Assembly: GCA_963702005.1 (NCBI GenBank)
Contig: OY969696.1
Span: 1,472,001 to 1,536,000, forward strand
Length of the DNA: 64,000 nucleotides
Direction: 5' to 3'
Origin: Candidatus Aminicenantes bacterium
GTDB taxonomy: Bacteria; Acidobacteriota; Aminicenantia; Aminicenantales; JAFGBC01
Shown here: positions 40,450-49,540 of the stretch, piece after piece
How positions within the stretch are numbered: the stretch's first letter is position 1
How the letters are laid out: every line of letters begins with the position of its first letter
Made by a program: the position numbers and the translations under genes
Notes under the pieces: model-generated
What the model was told of the DNA's origin: nothing
What the model saw: the letters and a program-made list of their open reading frames with translations, nothing else
Databases searched by the model: none

Positions 40450-42129
40450 GTGACTCTAAATCCTTTTGAAGTGACGGGCATTTTCTTTTTCGGAAGCCTG
40501 GTTCTCGGATTTGGTTATTTAACGATAAACAAATACACAAGAAATGTATTCAAGAAGTATTGGAAAATCATCATCATCTTGATCTTGGTCAACATTGCTA
40601 TGAAGATTCCTTATAAATCGTATTTCTTTGATGGCTTGGAATATGAAGACTCTTATATCTACAAGGCTTCAGCCAGGGCACTCTATGAAGGAGAATACGA
40701 ATTCTCAGCTATCAACCCTTACTATCCGACATCTTGTATTTGTGGGAGTCTGAAAGACTGCCGAATGTCAGGGATTTTTGTTACGAACTTTTTAGGCTAT
40801 CCATATCTCATTAATCTCGGCTATCGCCTTTTTGGCTATCAGATAAATATCGCCAATATCGTTTCGCTGTTATTTTCGGGGATATCGATTGCTTTTTTAT
40901 TTACAGCGGCCCTTCTCATAATAGACAAGCTTCTTTTTGCCCTTATCTGTTGTTTTATCTATATCACGATCCCCATATTCAACGTATATGCTTCGACTTC
41001 GCTGACCGAACCATTGTCCAACGCCTATCTGATCCTAATACTTCTGCTATGTCTGACATTTATGAACCCGGACATAGAAGGAAAAAGAGTTCAATTTCAA
41101 AATATCCTTGGATTATCTGCTATTGTCTTCAGCCTGATATTCTCGATTCTGGTAAAGACCACCAATATATCTTTGGTCGTCTGTCTGCCGGTTGCCGGCC
41201 TGATATCTTTGGTGGCCGATAAGAAGATTAAAGATAAATATCAGAGGAACAGGCTCTTGATCTTTCTTTCGGTCATCTTTCTTGTATTTTTATTCAGCGC
41301 CCTGGTATTGAAATTTCAGGCGGCGGTTGAAATCAATAGAGGAGATATCGGGGCAAATCCCTTCTCACTTTCGTATTTTAAATCCCTGGCCCCGGTATTT
41401 GTTAAGTCTTTCTTTGATTTCCAATGGTATTTAGTCTATACGATATTTTTCCTTACTGGAATCGTTTTTGGGTTGAAAGAGAAGAACGGAATATTACCGA
41501 TTATTGTTTTTGTCTTCTACTTCGTTTTATATACGGTCCACTATCGGAGCTATTATTTTACACGGGGCCTTCCTGTGATGAAGGATGAAGCCCTGAGATA
41601 TATGACGAGCATCGTTTCGGTATACTCGCTTATTGTCGGTCTTGGCATTTATTATCTCTGGCGCTCGATCAAAAAAGCAACGACGAATAGCCAGGTAAGG
41701 CTTTTTGATAAATCATTAATCGCTTCGCTGCTTGTTATTATTCTGGGCGTATCTGTGTTCTTCACGCTCAAATGCCGAGCTCATTTCGTAGAAGACGAAC
41801 AAAACGTTCGAGTTGCACCAGTGATAAAAACCTTAGATTATTTATCCACCAAAGACGATGTCTTGATTACTTCCGAGCATGTTCTCTTCCAGATATACGG
41901 AAACGCTAATCTCAGGCTTATCGATTTCTGTTCCATTGGCACCCTAATTTCTAAAGAAGGAATCGATAGCCTGATTAGATCAGCTAGTGTCTATTACCTG
42001 GAAACGATATCCCGGGACAGCTTGGATGAAAAACGGTATCGACCGCAACTGCAATATCTCGATTCAAAGAGGAAAGAACGTGTTTATTCCGGTCAGGATT
42101 TCAGAATCTTTCGGTTGTTACCTGAGTAG
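40450..42129 (+). CDS. Polytopic membrane protein, GT-C (ArnT/PMT)-like
   Basis: Many TM helices; acidic first loop LEYEDSYIY, GYPYL, SLTEP, LRY motifs; soluble C-terminal domain. Confidence 0.55.
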   Translation: MTLNPFEVTGIFFFGSLVLGFGYLTINKYTRNVFKKYWKIIIILILVNIAMKIPYKSYFFDGLEYEDSYIYKASARALYEGEYEFSAINPYYPTSCICGSLKDCRMSGIFVTNFLGYPYLINLGYRLFGYQINIANIVSLLFSGISIAFLFTAALLIIDKLLFALICCFIYITIPIFNVYASTSLTEPLSNAYLILILLLCLTFMNPDIEGKRVQFQNILGLSAIVFSLIFSILVKTTNISLVVCLPVAGLISLVADKKIKDKYQRNRLLIFLSVIFLVFLFSALVLKFQAAVEINRGDIGANPFSLSYFKSLAPVFVKSFFDFQWYLVYTIFFLTGIVFGLKEKNGILPIIVFVFYFVLYTVHYRSYYFTRGLPVMKDEALRYMTSIVSVYSLIVGLGIYYLWRSIKKATTNSQVRLFDKSLIASLLVIILGVSVFFTLKCRAHFVEDEQNVRVAPVIKTLDYLSTKDDVLITSEHVLFQIYGNANLRLIDFCSIGTLISKEGIDSLIRSASVYYLETISRDSLDEKRYRPQLQYLDSKRKERVYSGQDFRIFRLLPE

Positions 42130-42169
42130 AAGGAAATTATTCGTAAGGATATTGTAAAGGAGAATTCAG

Positions 42170-42493
42170 ATGTCTGAGGAAGATAAGATCGAAATCAAAA
42201 TCGACCTATCAATTTACGATAAAGTGGCCACATTGAAGACCTGCTATGTTTTTCAGGATAGGTTTTATACTAGCCTTGAAACAGAGGTTGGATCCATTGC
42301 AATCGTTAAGCTGATACCTAAAAAAGAGTCAATTGACCTTGAAGAGATCGAAAAGCAGTTTAAAGATGAACTGATTGATCAACAAATTAGATTAGAAAAC
42401 GAAAAACTATTTTCCGAAATCAGAAAACTGATCGTCGAACAGGCATTCAAACCAATAAGCTATCCGGAGTTTAAAGCAAATATTGGGAAATGA
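42170..42493 (+). CDS. hxsD: His-Xaa-Ser system protein HxsD-like
   Basis: IDLSIYDKVATLKTCYVF...FKDELIDQQIR...IRKLIVEQAF; directly upstream of hxsB. Confidence 0.8.
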   Translation: MSEEDKIEIKIDLSIYDKVATLKTCYVFQDRFYTSLETEVGSIAIVKLIPKKESIDLEEIEKQFKDELIDQQIRLENEKLFSEIRKLIVEQAFKPISYPEFKANIGK

Positions 42494-43953
42494 AATTTAA
42501 TAATCTGGCCTACACGATTCTTCCTTTTCGGTTCATGAGGTTCGGGCCTGATGTGCTGATTATCAATGAAGCTGGAGGATACGGTTTTCTATCCGGCAAA
42601 GACTTCAACCGGTTTATAAATTATCAGCTGGACCCGAAAGAGGACGTATTCTTGAATCTGAAAAATAGGCACATTGTAACTGACACAGACCTGGCGCTTC
42701 CAGTTTACCTTTTAGCTACCAAGTACAGAACGAAAAAAAGTTATTTATATGATTTCACGGCCCTGCACATTTTCATTATCACCCTGCGCTGCAGTCAAAA
42801 ATGCCGGTATTGCCAAGCGAGCAGTGAGGATGAAGCCCAGCTCGGATTTGATATGAGCGCAGAAATAGCAAAGAAGTGCGTTGATCTGGTTTTTCAGTCT
42901 CCTTCGCCGGCAATAAAGATTGAGTTCCAAGGCGGGGAGCCGCTTCTCAATTTCGAGGCGGTTAAATATGTTGTCAAATACGCGAAGAAACTCAATGGGG
43001 TGTATCGGAAGAATCTCGAATTCGTCATCTGCACCAATCTATTAGGACTAAATAAAGAAATTCTGAATTACCTCGCGGAACACCAAATATGGATTTCCAC
43101 TTCTTTGGACGGGCCGAGAAACTTGCACGATGCCAATCGAATAACTAGAAAAGGCACAGGGACATATGACGTGGTTAGAAATAATATCCGGCTAGCCCAG
43201 GACAGGCTCGGGATTGAGAGAGTTTCTGCGCTTATGGTCACTACGAGAGATAACGTTCATAAACTGAATGATGTTGTTGATGAATATATCGATCAAAGAT
43301 TCAATTCAATTTTTATCCGAACCATCCATCCTTATGGAAGGGCAGCCAAAGAAAAACTCGGCTGTGACGTTGAAGCCTTTATCGAGAATTACAAAAGAAC
43401 CTTGGATTACATAATCAGGCTTAACCTTGATGGAGTGATGTTTTCTGAGCAATATGCCACGATCATTCTAAAAAAGATATTAACTCCATTCGCCACGACG
43501 TTCGTTGATCTTCAATCTCCGGCTGGAACCGGAATCAGCTGCGTCGTCTACGGTTATAACGGCGATGTCTTTGTCTCTGATGAGGCAAGGATGCTCTCCA
43601 AGATGGGCGACAACCGGTTTATGATGGGAAATGTTTATAAAAACAAATATCAAGAAATATTTAAGGGCAAAGTTATTCGGGAAACCGTGGAAAATTCGTG
43701 CGTTGAAAACATGCCTCTTTGTTCTGAATGCGCTTTCCAGTTGTATTGCGGCGCTGATCCTGTCCGGAACTACAGCATGCAGGGTGATCTCATGGGACAC
43801 CGGCCCACTTCCGAATTCCATCAAACCAATTATCTGATTATCCGTCATTTAATAGAACTTATTAAACAAAACGACCCGGAGATCATGAACGTCTTTTGGT
43901 CATGGATCACAGCCCGGTCGATTGAAGAGATTAAGGGATCAAAAAGAGGATAA
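42490..43953 (+). CDS. hxsB: His-Xaa-Ser system radical SAM maturase HxsB
   Basis: LPFRF, LATKYRTKK, CSQKCRYCQAS, IKIEFQGGEPL, VDLQSPAG, SDEARML, SPASM-like CSECAFQLYCGADP. Confidence 0.9.
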   Translation: MKFNNLAYTILPFRFMRFGPDVLIINEAGGYGFLSGKDFNRFINYQLDPKEDVFLNLKNRHIVTDTDLALPVYLLATKYRTKKSYLYDFTALHIFIITLRCSQKCRYCQASSEDEAQLGFDMSAEIAKKCVDLVFQSPSPAIKIEFQGGEPLLNFEAVKYVVKYAKKLNGVYRKNLEFVICTNLLGLNKEILNYLAEHQIWISTSLDGPRNLHDANRITRKGTGTYDVVRNNIRLAQDRLGIERVSALMVTTRDNVHKLNDVVDEYIDQRFNSIFIRTIHPYGRAAKEKLGCDVEAFIENYKRTLDYIIRLNLDGVMFSEQYATIILKKILTPFATTFVDLQSPAGTGISCVVYGYNGDVFVSDEARMLSKMGDNRFMMGNVYKNKYQEIFKGKVIRETVENSCVENMPLCSECAFQLYCGADPVRNYSMQGDLMGHRPTSEFHQTNYLIIRHLIELIKQNDPEIMNVFWSWITARSIEEIKGSKRG

Positions 43954-43957
43954 TAAT

Positions 43958-45094
43958 TTGCGGCAGCTAAGTGGAATACCTTTGAATTCCAGGGCTAGGA
44001 TAATAGGGAAAATATCCAAAAACTCCGCTCAAACAAAGGAAATAAAGGACTGCATTCTTGTGACTGAATCAATTGAAAAGAGGATTAAGAGATTTAAGGC
44101 CATCTTATGCTTAGCTGCCATCGAAAAAACGACAGCTGAGCGGCTCAAAACGCCGATTGTTCATGGCGTTGAGAATATCGAAGCCTTAAGCGAGGGCGAT
44201 ATTGTCATCGTTGATATGGTAACCGGAGAGATTATTGTTGTTTACGAAAAGAACTCCGTTCACAATTCAATCCTCGCTTCAACGGACTGCAATTGCCGCT
44301 GTATCATGTGCCCTCAATCCTTGGTCGAGGATTCGCCGGAGAACCTTAAGAACAATATAGAAATCATCAGATTGATCGATAAAAACACCAAGGCTTTGGG
44401 AATCACAGGCGGAGAGCCCCTGATCCTGGGAGACGGCTTAATCAAGCTTTTAAAGGAATGCAAGAGACTATTGCCCGAGACTCAAATTCAGATTCTGACG
44501 AACGGGACATTGTTAAAAGATGATGCTTATATCAGACGCATAACCCTGCTGAGGCTGAAGAAACTGATTTTTTGCATTCCACTCTATGCTGATACAGATA
44601 GAGAACATGATTTCATAATGCAACGGAACGGCGCTTTCGAAGACACGATCCAGGGATTATATAACCTTGCGGCCAGAAAGCAGCTGGTCGAGATCCGAAC
44701 CGTTGTCATGTCGCTTAATTATCGGCGACTCCCTCAAATTGCCGAATTTATTTACCGTAATCTACCTTTTGCTATCCACGTTGCCTTTATGGGCATGGAA
44801 GTCGAGGGTCAGGCAAGAAAGAATATCCAGAAGCTCTGGGCCAGCCCTGTTGAATACGCGCCCTACTTGAAGGAGGCCGTCATTTATCTTTCGCGACAGA
44901 ATATGGATGTTTCGATCTATAACGAGCAATTGTGTTTGATGCCCAATGAGATATGGAATTTTATGCGAAAATCAATTTCCGAGTGGAAAAATACATACTT
45001 AGAAAAATGCAGCTGTTGTAGGGCTAAAAATGAATGTGCGGGCTTTTTCGCCCAACCGGTAGAGGAGCATAAACGCCTTATCAAGCCCCTCTGA
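43958..45094 (+). CDS. hxsC: His-Xaa-Ser system radical SAM maturase HxsC
   Basis: CNCRCIMCPQ, GITGGEP, VAFMGME, KSISEWKN...CSCC...CAGFF; TTG start inferred. Confidence 0.88.
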   Translation: MRQLSGIPLNSRARIIGKISKNSAQTKEIKDCILVTESIEKRIKRFKAILCLAAIEKTTAERLKTPIVHGVENIEALSEGDIVIVDMVTGEIIVVYEKNSVHNSILASTDCNCRCIMCPQSLVEDSPENLKNNIEIIRLIDKNTKALGITGGEPLILGDGLIKLLKECKRLLPETQIQILTNGTLLKDDAYIRRITLLRLKKLIFCIPLYADTDREHDFIMQRNGAFEDTIQGLYNLAARKQLVEIRTVVMSLNYRRLPQIAEFIYRNLPFAIHVAFMGMEVEGQARKNIQKLWASPVEYAPYLKEAVIYLSRQNMDVSIYNEQLCLMPNEIWNFMRKSISEWKNTYLEKCSCCRAKNECAGFFAQPVEEHKRLIKPL

Positions 45095-45175
45095 ATCTCC
45101 ATAATAAGGGACGGTGAAAAATTATCCTTGACTTCTGGAAACGATTCGGATAATTTTTGGACTGAGGGGATTAAG

Positions 45176-45874
45176 ATGAAAACAATAAATAAAATTGGCT
45201 ACGGGCTTTTGTCTTTGGTCACTCTCTTTTTCTATACCGTAACGAACGGGTTGCCCAGAAGCAGAATTTTCAGTTCAATTAAAGAGAAAGTTTTAAAAAT
45301 TCAAAAAAATAATGCTAATGCTCCTGAGAGTTTGATATTAAAGCAATCAAATAGTTCATATGGTAATGAGTACGCGAGTCATACTTCCCATAGATCGCAT
45401 AGCTCTCATCGTTCGCATGCCTCACATCGGTCAGGTACGACTGGGACGGTCAGATCTGCACCCGCAAAAAAAACGGCTCCTGCCACCACATCAGTTTACG
45501 CAAATCCATATGCTCAATATCTTACCGTTGCTGATGTTGAAACAATAACGAGTTTCAGCGGCATCCAGCAAAACCTAGAGCCCTCCATTCTCCATTTTCT
45601 TCGCGAGGATGGGAAGGAAATCCTTCAGGTGAAGTTCTGGACGAAAGAATATTTCAGCAACTTCAAAAACGACAACAAATATAGCCCAATTAGTGGAATC
45701 GGGGAAGCGGCTCTTGTCGGCACACCGCAATTGCCGATCGAATTGGTTTTTACAAAAGGGAAACATTGTGTCGAGATTTCGACTTTCCCCGAGGAAGGAC
45801 TTATACTATTTGTGTCTTTAGATCAGCTGAAGACCGTTGCTAATTATATTTCATCTCGGCTGACAGATTATTAA
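45176..45874 (+). CDS. Second His-Xaa-Ser repeat protein with C-terminal globular extension
   Basis: HTS-HRS-HSS-HRS-HAS-HRS followed by ~145 aa; leader resembles 39094-39354. Confidence 0.85.
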   Translation: MKTINKIGYGLLSLVTLFFYTVTNGLPRSRIFSSIKEKVLKIQKNNANAPESLILKQSNSSYGNEYASHTSHRSHSSHRSHASHRSGTTGTVRSAPAKKTAPATTSVYANPYAQYLTVADVETITSFSGIQQNLEPSILHFLREDGKEILQVKFWTKEYFSNFKNDNKYSPISGIGEAALVGTPQLPIELVFTKGKHCVEISTFPEEGLILFVSLDQLKTVANYISSRLTDY

Positions 45875-45907
45875 GCCCGAACCCCAATTCGGCTTGTCAG
45901 AACGAAG

Positions 45908-46999
45908 ATGAGAAAAATCAAAATAGGAATGTGGCCTATAATTCTGGGTTTCTTTTTTTTAATTGCCTGTGCTTCTTCACCTCAGCAGCCTGTCAAGGTC
46001 GCTGCAAGTCCGGAAAAGACTAAGACATTAGAGATTCATGTCATTAACGTCGGTCAGGGAGACAGCTTTCTGATTATCTCGCCGTCCGGGAAAAGAGTCC
46101 TCATTGACGCAGGAAATACTGGCCGTGGTGCTGGGTTTGTCCTTCCTTATCTTCAAAGCCATAAAATATCTTCAATCGATTATATCATTGCATCTCATTT
46201 TCACTCAGACCATATTGGCGGCCTTGACGAAGTTGTAAACGGCCTGGGCGGGAGTACGCAAATCTTGAGCGCTGCCTTTGACAGGGGCGGAACATATAAT
46301 TCTGGTGCTTTCAGAGAATACATAACGTCAGTCGGAAAAAAAAGAAAGACCATTTCTCCCGGCCAAATAATTGACTTGGGCGACGAAGTTATAATGAAAT
46401 GCATCGCCTCTAATGGAGATATTCCAAGTGGAAGGATATATTCAGGCACGGATGAGAATACGCTGTCGATTGTCCTTTTATTAAAGTATCGTACTTTCGA
46501 TATATACCTGGGCGGAGATAGCAATTCGGCAATTGAGCCTTCTCTTGTTCCCTATGCCGGCGATGTCGACGTTTATAAAGTAAGTCATCATTGCAGTGCC
46601 ACAAGCTCGACCCAAGAGCTTCTTGATTGTTTGAAACCCGAAGTCTCGGTAATTGCCGTTGGAAATGGCAATACCTATGGACATCCCAATTCTGAGACCC
46701 TTTCCAGATTAATCGCTATAAATAGTTATATTTATCAGACAGAATCAGGGGCTGCTGTGCCGCCGGTTGGAAAGGGCGAGGTTGCCAATGGGAATTTTTT
46801 GATAGTTACCGATGGCGATTCCTACACAATTTCTGGTTCAGCGCTAGTTAGTAAAACAAGATTGACCGATTCAAATCAAGCCTTCGCCTATTTGATGGAC
46901 GAATACTCAAGGCAATGGCCTTTTACTTATATTATATCTATCCAGAAAATGAAGCTGACGAGGGTGAGCGAATTAAACAGAATTTGGCATGGAGCCTGA
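45908..46999 (+). CDS. ComEC-like metallo-beta-lactamase-fold lipoprotein (probable nuclease/hydrolase)
   Basis: Lipobox LIAC; NVGQGDS, SHFHSDHIGG, KVSHH, NTYGHP. Confidence 0.88.
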   Translation: MRKIKIGMWPIILGFFFLIACASSPQQPVKVAASPEKTKTLEIHVINVGQGDSFLIISPSGKRVLIDAGNTGRGAGFVLPYLQSHKISSIDYIIASHFHSDHIGGLDEVVNGLGGSTQILSAAFDRGGTYNSGAFREYITSVGKKRKTISPGQIIDLGDEVIMKCIASNGDIPSGRIYSGTDENTLSIVLLLKYRTFDIYLGGDSNSAIEPSLVPYAGDVDVYKVSHHCSATSSTQELLDCLKPEVSVIAVGNGNTYGHPNSETLSRLIAINSYIYQTESGAAVPPVGKGEVANGNFLIVTDGDSYTISGSALVSKTRLTDSNQAFAYLMDEYSRQWPFTYIISIQKMKLTRVSELNRIWHGA

Positions 47000-47031
47000 C
47001 AGGAAAGCAATAATAGAGATAAGGAGGTTTC

Positions 47032-47460
47032 ATGGGCAAAATAAAAGTCCTGTTTCCGTTTATATGTTTACTTATTATCTCCAACTCCCTTCTTAGCCAG
47101 ACACAAACATCCAGAACCCAAACTATCCTAACTACAGCAGAGGCGGCTCAGCATATTGGAGAAACGGTCACAGTGTGTGGCCTTGTAGTGGACACGCGTT
47201 ATGCTTCATCAAGCCGAGGAAGGCCGACCTTCCTAAACCTGGACAAACCCTATCCAAAACAAGTCTTTACTGTGGTGATATGGGGGGAGGACCGGGACAA
47301 ATTCGGAGAGCCTGAAGAGAAATACCGTGACAAGCATATTTGTGTGACAGGCAAGATTAGAAGTTATCGAGGCGTGCCCCAAATTCAGGTAACCGATCCA
47401 AAGCAAATTGAGGTTAAAGAAGAGCAGCAAACTATTGAAAGCGTTTCTAAGTCTCGTTAA
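47032..47460 (+). CDS. Exported OB-fold nucleic-acid-binding protein
   Basis: Signal peptide; HIGETVTVCG, TFLNLDKPYP..FTVVIW, VTGKI..YRG.PQI. Confidence 0.75.
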   Translation: MGKIKVLFPFICLLIISNSLLSQTQTSRTQTILTTAEAAQHIGETVTVCGLVVDTRYASSSRGRPTFLNLDKPYPKQVFTVVIWGEDRDKFGEPEEKYRDKHICVTGKIRSYRGVPQIQVTDPKQIEVKEEQQTIESVSKSR

Positions 47461-47931
47461 CAAATGAGGCGGCTGGAGGCCAGATTTTCCCTGGCCTCCC
47501 GATATCAGAATGACCGCCTTGAAGCAGGATATGCGCCTCATATGTATAGACGGTGGGAATAGCGTAAGATACCATCTAAAAAATATCGCTAGTTCATCCT
47601 CAGGATAAAAAGGTAGGTTCAATGCTCCGGCCGCAGTGAAACGAGGTCGCATCTCGATAACTTTATCTCTGAACGTTTGAAGAAGATGGCTCGAATAGTT
47701 TTCATTGAAGATTAAGCTTGGCAAACGAAAATTAGATTGCTTGCCTTGATTTGGTTCAATAATATCAACTCTTGACGATATCCCTTCTTTGAAGGATAAT
47801 ATTTCCGATATTGGAGGGGGGAGGTGCCTTTGATGGTCCTCGGGAACGCCACTCATTTCCAGTCCTAGAATTATGGGATTTTCTGGCTTCGGCAAGGGTA
47901 ATATTTAAATATTTCAAAGGGGAGGTTTTGT

Positions 47932-48279
47932 ATGAAAAAAATCACTGTCAAGCTTACGGGAGAAAATATCTTGAAACGTGCCTGGCTAAAAAAGAAGAAC
48001 GAGAAGAACCGTGATTGGGCTCAAGCGAAAGAGCTCCAGTTCAACGATAAAGGAATCGCCGAAGAAAATGTCGAGGAGAATGCCGAATATATCCTTTCTT
48101 GGACACTCGTGGGGACACCAGGAGACACATGGAGCCTTGAGGTCGATGATCCTTCAATCTATGTTTGGAACTACTATAGTAGTACGAGTCCATGGAAAAC
48201 GACGAAAATCTCAATAACAAAAGCCTTAGTAAGGGCTGGCTATGCTGATTTACGGGTCCTTAAGATAAATAAGGAGTAG
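47932..48279 (+). CDS. Hypothetical protein
   Basis: GGGAGG RBS, 115-aa ORF. Confidence 0.65.
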   Translation: MKKITVKLTGENILKRAWLKKKNEKNRDWAQAKELQFNDKGIAEENVEENAEYILSWTLVGTPGDTWSLEVDDPSIYVWNYYSSTSPWKTTKISITKALVRAGYADLRVLKINKE

Positions 48280-48282
48280 ACC

Positions 48283-49347
48283 ATGAAAACTTCTTTAGTG
48301 ACAATCCTAATATTTTTAATATGCTTTCCTGTTTTTATAGTAGGACAAACAAATCAAGAAGCAAACTCTAAAAAAGAGCCTGAGAAAAAGGGACAAGATT
48401 TTTTAGGCGCGATTAGTTTCGATCCCAGTCTTTCATCTAACTCGAGTGGGAAAAATATTCAGCTTATACTCGAAACCACAAAGCTGGACGCGAAGAGAGC
48501 AAAGGCGCAAATTGGATTTCAACAAGGCGATTCAATATTCAGTATTAAAATCGAAGGTCCAGTAGGAGCAAAAGCTGACCCAACTACTTGGGCGGATTTA
48601 AACGGACTAGCCAACTCTGTGGTCGCTGACATTGGCTTCTGCAATTATATTTGGCATCCTCGTGGCTCGATAGAGGATGCGATAAATCAATACCACAAGG
48701 ATCTCCTCGCACAGGGGATGACTGAAACCGAGTATCAGGAGCTACTTGAAAAAGTCCACGGCTTCAATAGTGATAATATACCCTATAAATATATTAAAAA
48801 CTTATTTGGAACGCCTCTGCAATGGGGCATGAGATTTAAAATTGGCCGCGAGAAATTCTCTTATCTCGATTCAGTTAATTATGATGAAAAGGATAAAGTA
48901 AAAACGAATTTTGCTATAGTCTGGTTCTATGGAATCGTTTTACCAGCCTCAAGCCTATACCTAGGGTTGAGTTATCGATATGAATCTGCTTTTAAAGCAG
49001 GAGATGCGCAAAAGATCAGTGTCCCTATTAAAGATGTTCCAGGAGCTCTTCGTAGTTATGAGTTGCCAATTGAAGAGCCAAAAAGCAAAATAGGCAGTAT
49101 CGGCCAGTTTGAAGCTCGATATTTCGTTTCCCCCCAATTCGCTTTGAACCCGAAAATCGCATATGACTTTAAAGCCAATGCCCTCGGGATAGAAATCCCC
49201 TTCTATTTCCTAACGAATACGGGAAAGGATCTCAAAAATCAGGAACAGGGTTTGAACGGAGGTATCTCTTTTGGCTGGCGTTCTGATACAAAAGATTTGG
49301 GCATAGCTTTATTTGTGGGAAACGTTTTCAATATATTCCGCGACTGA
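48283..49347 (+). CDS. Exported hypothetical protein, possibly beta-barrel
   Basis: AGGAG RBS; signal peptide; alternating aromatic beta-strand pattern. Confidence 0.65.
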   Translation: MKTSLVTILIFLICFPVFIVGQTNQEANSKKEPEKKGQDFLGAISFDPSLSSNSSGKNIQLILETTKLDAKRAKAQIGFQQGDSIFSIKIEGPVGAKADPTTWADLNGLANSVVADIGFCNYIWHPRGSIEDAINQYHKDLLAQGMTETEYQELLEKVHGFNSDNIPYKYIKNLFGTPLQWGMRFKIGREKFSYLDSVNYDEKDKVKTNFAIVWFYGIVLPASSLYLGLSYRYESAFKAGDAQKISVPIKDVPGALRSYELPIEEPKSKIGSIGQFEARYFVSPQFALNPKIAYDFKANALGIEIPFYFLTNTGKDLKNQEQGLNGGISFGWRSDTKDLGIALFVGNVFNIFRD

Positions 49348-49354
49348 CCCCGGG

Positions 49355-49532
49355 ATGAAATTCTACATCGTCATCGTCTCCTGCCCGCGCTGCGGATGGA
49401 TTCTTCCGGCCCATGACCGGAGCGATCCCAGACTCCACGACGCAACGTGTTTTGAACTGCGGGCTGGAGATCGAGATCGTCTTTGATCGGTTCGGGAATC
49501 TCAAGGAGGTCAAGCCGAAAACAATAAACTAG
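49355..49532 (+). pseudogene. Small Zn-ribbon protein with +1 frameshift
   Basis: CPRC...TC then LNCGLEIEIVFDRFGNLKEVK* if one T is removed from T4 at 49450-49453. Confidence 0.5.
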
Positions 49533-49540
49533 GGGGTTGC

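Noticed and set aside
47233-47895. 220-aa minus-strand ORF
   Set aside because: Overlaps the OB-fold gene; no motif or clear RBS; may be decayed sequence
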